Source: Clostridiales bacterium
GTDB taxonomy: Bacteria > Acidobacteriota > Aminicenantia > Aminicenantales > UBA8522
DNA length: 64,000 nucleotides
Direction of reading: 5' to 3'
NCBI GenBank assembly: GCA_029907205.1
Contig: JARYMI010000016.1
Coordinates: 959-64,958 of the forward strand
Shown: one piece after another, positions 57,540 to 64,000 of the stretch
Numbering within the stretch: the first letter of the stretch is position 1
Layout: each line of letters begins with the position of its first letter
Notes under the pieces: generated by a model
Told to the model about the DNA's origin: nothing
The model's input: only the letters and a program-made list of their open reading frames with translations
Database searches by the model: none
Made by a program: the position numbers and the translations under genes

Positions 57540-58300
57540 AAATCAAAGCGATCGCGCTCAACACGTTTAAGGAGGCGATCCGGGACCGCATCCTCTATCT
57601 CCTTTTCTTTTTTGCCGCCGTTTCCGTCATTTTTTCCCGGGTGCTGGCTGTCCTGACTGTCGGCGACCGGGTTAAGATCGTCAAGGATGTCGGCCTGGCC
57701 TCGATCTCTCTTTTCGGCGTCTTGATGGCCGTTATGATCGGCACGGGCCTGGTCTATAAGGAAATCGACAAAAAGACGATCTACACCCTTATTTCGAAGC
57801 CCATCCGCCGCTTCGAGTTTCTCTTGGGAAAATTCTTTGGCTTGGTCTTGACCCTGCTCATCATGACGTCCCTCATGAGCTTGATATTCCTCCTCACGGT
57901 CTTTTTTCACACCTTTAAGATTGAAGCCGGGCTTCTCTTGGCCGTCCTGTTTATTTTTATCGAGCTCATCCTCATCACGGCGGTGGCTATTCTCTTCTCC
58001 TGTTTCTCGACCCCGATCCTGAGCTCTCTTTTTTCCCTGTCTTTCTTTCTCATCGGGCATTTCTCCTGGAGCCTCGAAACTCTCATCCAGAAGACCAAGT
58101 CAGCGCCGCTGAAGCTCTTCATCCAGGCGCTCTATGCCCTCCTCCCAGACCTGGAGAATTTCAATTTCAAGACAGAAGTCGTCTACGGGTTGACGGTCCT
58201 TCCAAAATATTACCTTTTTTCCGCCCTCTACGGCCTGGCCTACACGGCTTTCATCCTGACGCTGGCCGTCCTCATCTTCAAGAGAAGGGATTTCGTCTGA
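57536..58300 (+). CDS. ABC-2 family transporter permease
   Basis: 6 TM helices, 254 aa. Start overlaps the upstream stop. Confidence 0.7.
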   Translation: MKIKAIALNTFKEAIRDRILYLLFFFAAVSVIFSRVLAVLTVGDRVKIVKDVGLASISLFGVLMAVMIGTGLVYKEIDKKTIYTLISKPIRRFEFLLGKFFGLVLTLLIMTSLMSLIFLLTVFFHTFKIEAGLLLAVLFIFIELILITAVAILFSCFSTPILSSLFSLSFFLIGHFSWSLETLIQKTKSAPLKLFIQALYALLPDLENFNFKTEVVYGLTVLPKYYLFSALYGLAYTAFILTLAVLIFKRRDFV

Positions 58301-59169
58301 TGCCCGTGAGAGCCGTATCGGCCCGCCGAAAGAGTTTCTCTGCAATCTTTATCTTTTTCTTCGCCGTCCTCTTGTTGGGCGGCATCATTGCGCTCAAGAT
58401 CGAAGTGGACAGGATTCCCCGGAAGAAAATCCCCGGCGCTTCCATCATCTACATTCCCTCCGGCAAGTACATGAAATACGCGACGTTCGGCTACTCCTCA
58501 GTCGTCGCAGACCTCGTCTATCTCTGGGCCATCCAGTATTACAGCACGCTCACCATTGTCGACCGGTATCAGAACCTCGAGCACATCTTCTCCATCATCG
58601 CGGAGCTCGACCCGCGCTACAAGGACCCGTACGAAGTCGGCGCCCTCATCGCGATATACGAAGCCAAGGATCTCGAACTTGGCTTAAGAATTCTGGACAT
58701 GGGCCTGGCCAAGAACCCGGGTGAGTGGATTTTCCCGTTCCAGGCCGGGCACTACGCTCAGCTGGCCAAGGACTTCGAGCTGGCCCGCAAGTATTACGAG
58801 AAAGCGATGAAAATCCCCGGTGCGCCCGACATCGCAAAAAGGCTCTATGCGGCGGCCAGCTTCAGGACAATGGACCTCAAAGCGTCCTGGGAAACCTGGC
58901 AGGAAATCTATGCGACCGCCACAGACCAGCGCGTCAAGGACATCGCCCTGAGGCATCTTTACCGTGTGAAATCGGCCATAGACATCGCCCTCCTCGAAGA
59001 AGCGATTGCCAGGTTCAAAGAGCGGTACGGCCGCAACCCTGAGGAACTAAAAGAGCTCGTGCGGGCGCGATTTCTGCCGTCCTTGCCCAAGGATCTGGAC
59101 GGAAAAGATTACGTCTACGACAAGGAGAAAGGAGAGCCAAGCGCTCCCACAATCTGGTGGAAAAAGTAA
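58300..59169 (+). CDS. Membrane-anchored helical-repeat (TPR-like) protein, unknown function
   Basis: N-terminal TM, then an all-alpha repeat region. ATGA overlap with the permease. Confidence 0.4.
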   Translation: MPVRAVSARRKSFSAIFIFFFAVLLLGGIIALKIEVDRIPRKKIPGASIIYIPSGKYMKYATFGYSSVVADLVYLWAIQYYSTLTIVDRYQNLEHIFSIIAELDPRYKDPYEVGALIAIYEAKDLELGLRILDMGLAKNPGEWIFPFQAGHYAQLAKDFELARKYYEKAMKIPGAPDIAKRLYAAASFRTMDLKASWETWQEIYATATDQRVKDIALRHLYRVKSAIDIALLEEAIARFKERYGRNPEELKELVRARFLPSLPKDLDGKDYVYDKEKGEPSAPTIWWKK

Positions 59170-59921
59170 TCATTATCCTATTCGGTTTAGCCTGGGGAAG
59201 CTTCCTCAACGTCGTCATCTATCGTCTTCCCCGCGGGCAGAGCCTCGTCCGGCCTCCTTCTTCCTGCCCCCGCTGCGGAAAAAGAATCAAAGCGCGCGAC
59301 AACATCCCCGTTCTTTCGTTCCTCCTTCTTAGGGGCAAGTGCCGGTCCTGCGGGGCGCGGATCTCTCTTGTTTACCCGGTGGTCGAAATCCTGACGGCGC
59401 TTTGCTTGCTTCTTCTCTACTATCAGCATTCGCTGAGCCTCCATTTTTTTGCGTCCTGCTTCTTTGCAAGTGCCCTTATCGTTCTCGGTTTTATCGATTA
59501 CTTCCACCAGATCCTTCCCGACGAGATCACTCTCCCGGGACTCGTGTTGGCTGTCCTCTACGCTTTCTTCCGGCCTGATCTGAGCCTGCGACAGGGGCTC
59601 ATCGGCGCGGTCGCCGGGGCATCTTTCTTGCTCCTCATCTACGCAGCCTACTATTTCCTCAGGAAAAAAGAAGGCCTGGGCATGGGCGACGTGACTATGA
59701 TGCTCTTTGTCGGCGCTTATTTAGGCTGGCTAAAGGCTTTCCTGACACTTATCCTGGCCTCTCTCGCGGGAGCGGTCGTCGGACTATTCCTTCTGTATTT
59801 CCGCAAAAAAGACCTCCACTACGCCCTTCCTTTCGGAACATTCCTCGCGCCGGCGGCCTTTTTCTCGCTTGTCTGGGGCGAAAGGCTTATCGCCGCCTAC
59901 CTCAGCCTTTTCCGACAGTAG
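59157..59921 (+). CDS. pilD: Prepilin peptidase (A24 family)
   Basis: N-terminal tetra-Cys motif CPRCG...CRSCG. Multi-TM body with conserved Asp residues. 254 aa. Confidence 0.8.
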   Translation: MEKVIIILFGLAWGSFLNVVIYRLPRGQSLVRPPSSCPRCGKRIKARDNIPVLSFLLLRGKCRSCGARISLVYPVVEILTALCLLLLYYQHSLSLHFFASCFFASALIVLGFIDYFHQILPDEITLPGLVLAVLYAFFRPDLSLRQGLIGAVAGASFLLLIYAAYYFLRKKEGLGMGDVTMMLFVGAYLGWLKAFLTLILASLAGAVVGLFLLYFRKKDLHYALPFGTFLAPAAFFSLVWGERLIAAYLSLFRQ

Positions 59922-59985
59922 CCACCAACGACGGGGCCGGTCCTCTTTTGAGGACCGTTCACGGATTTGAATTTTCCCCCTGACT

Positions 59986-61824
59986 GTGATAATTGACAGA
60001 AGACAGGGTCTGCAGATGTCTCAAGGAAGGACCGCGAGCCAGATCATCTTGGTCGTTTTCCTCCTTTCTCTGGGCTCTTCCCTTTTTATCAACCTCCCTG
60101 TCATCCATCAGCACTTCCTGTTCTCCGACCAGGCCGTTTATTACGCCATGACTCAGAGCATCGCCCACGACGGAGACTTGGAGTACACGAAAAAAGACCT
60201 CATCCGGTATTATGAAGATTTCATGGCCGGACCTCAGGGCATTTTCCTGAAAAAAGCCTCAAACGGCAAGCTCTTCTACGCCAAATCCTGGGCTTACTCG
60301 CTGTTCGCCGCTCCCTTTGTCAGGGTTTTCGGGTATAACGGCTTCCTCGTCTTTCATTCCCTCCTTTTTCTCCTCATCCTGCTCATGGGGTATGCCTACC
60401 TGTCGCTTTCCAACTCCCCGGTTTCCTCAATCGTCTACCTTCTCTCCTTTCTTTTCGCCTCTGTGGCCGGCGTTTATTTTCTCTGGATCACCCCTGATTT
60501 TTTCAACCTGGCCCTGGTCTTCGCCATTATTTTTCTCTGGCTCTACAAGATTAAACACGGCGAACTGCCGCCCGAGGAAAGGAGCCCCGTCCGCTCGGAT
60601 AATATCTTCCTGCGCTCCTGGACCGACTATGCGGCGGCGATTCTCATCGGTGTTGCGACTTTCTCCAAGCCGCCAAACATCGTCCTTATGGCTCCGCTCG
60701 TCGTTTTCGCCTTTGTTAGGAAAAGAATTGTCAAGGCGCTCGTCCTGAGCCTGGTTTTTGTCCTCACTCTCAGCCTCTTCTTCGGGATGAATTATCTCCT
60801 GACGTCCGAATGGAATTATCAGGGCGGCGAGCGAAAGACTTTTTTCTTCACTTTCCCTTTAGAAAGGAATGAATTCACTTTTGACAACCTGGGCCATACA
60901 ATGACCTCCGAGGGCTATTTCCAGGAGTTTCTGTTGCCGCCCCAGTTCATTTTCTTTAACATCTTCTACTATTTCTTCGGCCGGTACACGGGACTGACCT
61001 GGTATTTTTTTCCTGCTGTCCTGGCCCTTATTCTTTTCTTTTCTTCCTCTAGGCGTAGGCTCTGCGACTGGCTTGTCCTAGCCACGGCAGCGGGAGGCAT
61101 TCTGATTTACATCGTCTTCATGCCCGACAACTACAGCGGAGGCGGCGGCTCTCTGGCCAACCGCTATTTCCTCAACATCTACCCGCTTTTCCTCTTCCTT
61201 CCGCCCGGGGGAAAAAAACGCCGGGACATCATCCTCATCTGGGTCATGGCGGCTATTTTCATCTCGCAGATCCTTGTCAGCCCCTTCCGCTCTTCGGCTC
61301 AGCCAGCCACCCACGCCAAGAGGTTTCCGTTCAAAGCCCTGCCCGTAGAGATGACCCTGGTCAATAACCTCCCCACCAACACGAACCCGGATGCCTTTCG
61401 CGTGCACATCTGGCCGGATAAGCCTCAGCCGGCCAGGGAATTCCTCCACTTCCTGGACGACAACTTCTACCCCAGGCTTGAACCCACGGGCATCTGGACG
61501 CGGGGCGCAAAAACCTGCGAGCTGATCCTGAAAACCTATTATCCCCTTCGGGAAATAGGCGTCCGCGTGCTCAACAACCCGAGAGCCAACAACGAGATCA
61601 CAGTCAGGGTAGAGGGGCAAACCAAGAAGGTCGTCCTCCAGCCCATGCAGCGGGCAACGCTCAGCTTTCCCGTTGGGAACGGGTTTAAGGTTGAAGAACG
61701 TTACAACTACCGGATTAAAATCAAGGCAGCCAAAGGTTCCATCCCCTATTATGAAGACCAGGCCAGCAAGGAGAGGCGGTATTTGGGCGTCTTCTTTGAG
61801 CTCAACCTTGTCCCCAGAGAATAA
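59986..61824 (+). CDS. Polytopic membrane protein, possible GT-C-type glycosyltransferase
   Basis: About 10 TM helices in the N-terminal 420 aa plus a soluble roughly 190-aa C-domain. No definitive motif. Confidence 0.35.
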   Translation: MIIDRRQGLQMSQGRTASQIILVVFLLSLGSSLFINLPVIHQHFLFSDQAVYYAMTQSIAHDGDLEYTKKDLIRYYEDFMAGPQGIFLKKASNGKLFYAKSWAYSLFAAPFVRVFGYNGFLVFHSLLFLLILLMGYAYLSLSNSPVSSIVYLLSFLFASVAGVYFLWITPDFFNLALVFAIIFLWLYKIKHGELPPEERSPVRSDNIFLRSWTDYAAAILIGVATFSKPPNIVLMAPLVVFAFVRKRIVKALVLSLVFVLTLSLFFGMNYLLTSEWNYQGGERKTFFFTFPLERNEFTFDNLGHTMTSEGYFQEFLLPPQFIFFNIFYYFFGRYTGLTWYFFPAVLALILFFSSSRRRLCDWLVLATAAGGILIYIVFMPDNYSGGGGSLANRYFLNIYPLFLFLPPGGKKRRDIILIWVMAAIFISQILVSPFRSSAQPATHAKRFPFKALPVEMTLVNNLPTNTNPDAFRVHIWPDKPQPAREFLHFLDDNFYPRLEPTGIWTRGAKTCELILKTYYPLREIGVRVLNNPRANNEITVRVEGQTKKVVLQPMQRATLSFPVGNGFKVEERYNYRIKIKAAKGSIPYYEDQASKERRYLGVFFELNLVPRE

Positions 61825-63722
61825 TGTGCGGCATCTGCGGCATCGCCACAACTTCAAAGGCCGAGGCGGTATCCCCCGCTGTTTTGACATCGATGTGCCG
61901 GACGATTGTCCACCGCGGCCCTGACGATGAGGGAATTTATAAGGAAGAAACAGCGGGCCTGGCCGCCCGGCGGCTGAGCATCATCGACCTTGCCGGCGGC
62001 CATCAACCCCTGGCCAACGAGGACCGGACAATCTGGATCGCCCATAACGGCGAGGTGTACAATTTCCCGCAGTTGCGGGAGGCGCTGGCCGGACGCGGCC
62101 ACGTCTTCCGGACCCGCACAGATACAGAGACGATCGTCCACAGCTACGAAGAATGGGGTGAAGAATTTGTCCATAAGCTCAGGGGCATGTTCGCTTTTGC
62201 TATCTGGGACGGCCGAGAACGAAAGCTTCTTTTAGTGAGGGACAGGCTTGGCGTCAAACCCCTCTATTACACTCTCCTGGGCGACGGGACTCTCGTTTTC
62301 GGCTCAGAGCTCAAAGCCGTCATCGCCCATCCTCAGGTGCAAAGGGCCCTTGAGCCGAAAGCTCTGGACTTGTACCTGACTCTCGAGTACGTGCCGGCGC
62401 CTTTCAGCATGTTCAAAGACATCCACAAGCTTCCGGCCGGAAGCATCCTTGTTTACAAAGAAGGCCAGGCCGAAATCAAGAGCTATTGGGATGTTGTGGC
62501 GGCGCTGCCTAAAAAACGGGAGGTCACGGAAAAAGAGCTGCCGGCCATCATGGATGAGCTCTACGCTCTTCTCAAGGAATCGGTCCATCTGAGGCTCATC
62601 AGCGACGTGCCGCTGGGCGCTTTCCTGAGCGGCGGGATTGACTCCTCGACCATCGTCGGGCTGATGAGAGAGCTCGGCGCCTCGCCGCTCAAGACATTCT
62701 CCATCGGGTTTGAAGAGGTTTCCTATAACGAGCTTAAATATGCCCGCCGGGTCGCCGAAAGATTCGCCACCGACCACGAGGAATTCATCCTCGAGCCTCA
62801 GGCGCTTGAACTCACCGAGAAGCTCATCCGTCATTTAGATGAGCCGTTCGGCGATTTCTCCATCTTCCCCACCTATCTGGTCAGCCAGATGGCCCGCTCC
62901 CGGGTGAAGGTCATCCTCTCTGGAGACGGAGGGGACGAAGTCTTCGGCGGTTACGAACATTATCAAGCGCAAAAAATCGCCGGCTCTAAGGCTGTTAAAA
63001 CAGCCGGGCGCCCCCTCTCTCGCTTGATCAACACCTTCCCGCCCTCGAGCAAGAAAAAAGGTTTCTGGAATAAGCTCCAGAGATACCTCCTTGGGCTCGA
63101 ACAGGACCCAAGGCTCAGGCATTTACGGTGGATGACCTTCCTCTCCTCCCGGGACAAGGGCAGACTCTACACGGACGACTTGAAAACTCGATTGGGCGGG
63201 CTGGAAGAGATGACTGAGCTTTCCCCGTTTCGCGAAATTTTTGCCGCACTTCCCTCCTTCGACCCGATAAACGGGGAGCTTTATCTTGACCTCAAGACCT
63301 ACCTGGCTGACGACATCATGGTCAAAGTGGACAGGATGAGCATGGCCGCCTCCCTTGAAGCCAGAGAGCCTCTTTTAGACCATAAACTCGTCGAGTTTGC
63401 TTTCAGCCTGCCGGGCGGGCTCAAGCTCAACGGGCTCAAAACGAAATGGGTATTCAAGAAAACAATGGAGAGGCTTCTCCCGCGGGAGAATATCTACCGG
63501 CCCAAGGAGGGGTTCAGCATCCCGATCAAGCACTGGCTACGGCACGAGCTCAAGGATATGCTTCTCGACTATCTGAGCGAAAAGAGAATCAAGGAGCAAG
63601 GTCTGTTCAACTATGGCCCCGTCAAGAAAATGATCGACGGCCACCTCACCGGACGGAAAAACTGGAGTCACCAGCTCTGGGCTCTCCTCGTCTTTGAAGT
63701 CTGGCGCGAGAATTACCTGTAA
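61824..63722 (+). CDS. asnB: Asparagine synthetase (glutamine-hydrolysing)
   Basis: MCGICGI Ntn-amidotransferase start and SGGIDSS PP-loop motif. 632 aa. Confidence 0.85.
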   Translation: MCGICGIATTSKAEAVSPAVLTSMCRTIVHRGPDDEGIYKEETAGLAARRLSIIDLAGGHQPLANEDRTIWIAHNGEVYNFPQLREALAGRGHVFRTRTDTETIVHSYEEWGEEFVHKLRGMFAFAIWDGRERKLLLVRDRLGVKPLYYTLLGDGTLVFGSELKAVIAHPQVQRALEPKALDLYLTLEYVPAPFSMFKDIHKLPAGSILVYKEGQAEIKSYWDVVAALPKKREVTEKELPAIMDELYALLKESVHLRLISDVPLGAFLSGGIDSSTIVGLMRELGASPLKTFSIGFEEVSYNELKYARRVAERFATDHEEFILEPQALELTEKLIRHLDEPFGDFSIFPTYLVSQMARSRVKVILSGDGGDEVFGGYEHYQAQKIAGSKAVKTAGRPLSRLINTFPPSSKKKGFWNKLQRYLLGLEQDPRLRHLRWMTFLSSRDKGRLYTDDLKTRLGGLEEMTELSPFREIFAALPSFDPINGELYLDLKTYLADDIMVKVDRMSMAASLEAREPLLDHKLVEFAFSLPGGLKLNGLKTKWVFKKTMERLLPRENIYRPKEGFSIPIKHWLRHELKDMLLDYLSEKRIKEQGLFNYGPVKKMIDGHLTGRKNWSHQLWALLVFEVWRENYL

Positions 63723-64000
63723 AACAGTCTTCAGTTGAAGAAGCCATGCTTCGCCGGGTTTTAGGTTTCAAGATATAAACAAACACCGAGCACCCGACGG
63801 GTCCTGTCTCGGTTCACCCCCGGCGAACGCTCGCGATCGACACTGTTGATTTCTGTTTCAAAGAGTCTGCGGCATCAAGCGCTCGGTCCGGCGGGGGGCC
63901 CCCGAACCGTGCCACCCATCGGGCGCTTCCGTTGAGAGATTTGATCATTATCCTTTGCCTTTCTTGGAGGAGCTGATTTTCTCGATGACAAGAACTTCCT

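Noticed and set aside
1-64000. tRNA, rRNA and CRISPR arrays
   Set aside because: No cloverleaf-compatible segments, rRNA-like conserved stretches or regularly spaced direct repeats were seen on inspection.

Overview
Annotation of a 64 kb chromosomal window from a moderately GC-rich bacterium with outer-membrane-type biology (Lol-like ABC system, AsmA/YdbH-like protein, outer-membrane proteins, prepilin peptidase). It is gene-dense, about 60 CDSs. These include Mg2+ transport (mgtE, corA-like), secreted peptidases (MlrC-like, M20, M64, tricorn), anaerobic ribonucleotide reduction (nrdD, nrdG, glutaredoxin-like), dut, pgi, a ribose-type sugar ABC transporter with a GHMP kinase, amidase, asnB and various transporters. 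Three things stand out from the sequence. (1) A family of short inverted-repeat ends, consensus about AAAATTGGGGACAGCATACGTAATTACC, occurs at least 9 times as oppositely oriented pairs. One pair forms a complete roughly 168 bp miniature element, one a roughly 90 bp mini-element, and three pairs bracket single genes or a 3-gene module, which looks cassette-like. The right-hand ends carry an outward-facing ATG that is used in the same frame as the start codon of two unrelated genes. (2) There are two independently decayed Hanks-type Ser/Thr kinase-TPR genes, one with an internal deletion and one 5'-truncated and fused to a repeat end. (3) An operon encodes a PqqD-like peptide-binding domain fused to a MEMO1-like protein, followed by an arginase-family enzyme and a secreted M64 peptidase. 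A near-perfect 18-bp palindrome sits in its divergent intergenic region. No rRNA, tRNA or CRISPR arrays were seen. Product calls rest on motif recognition in the translations, not database searches.
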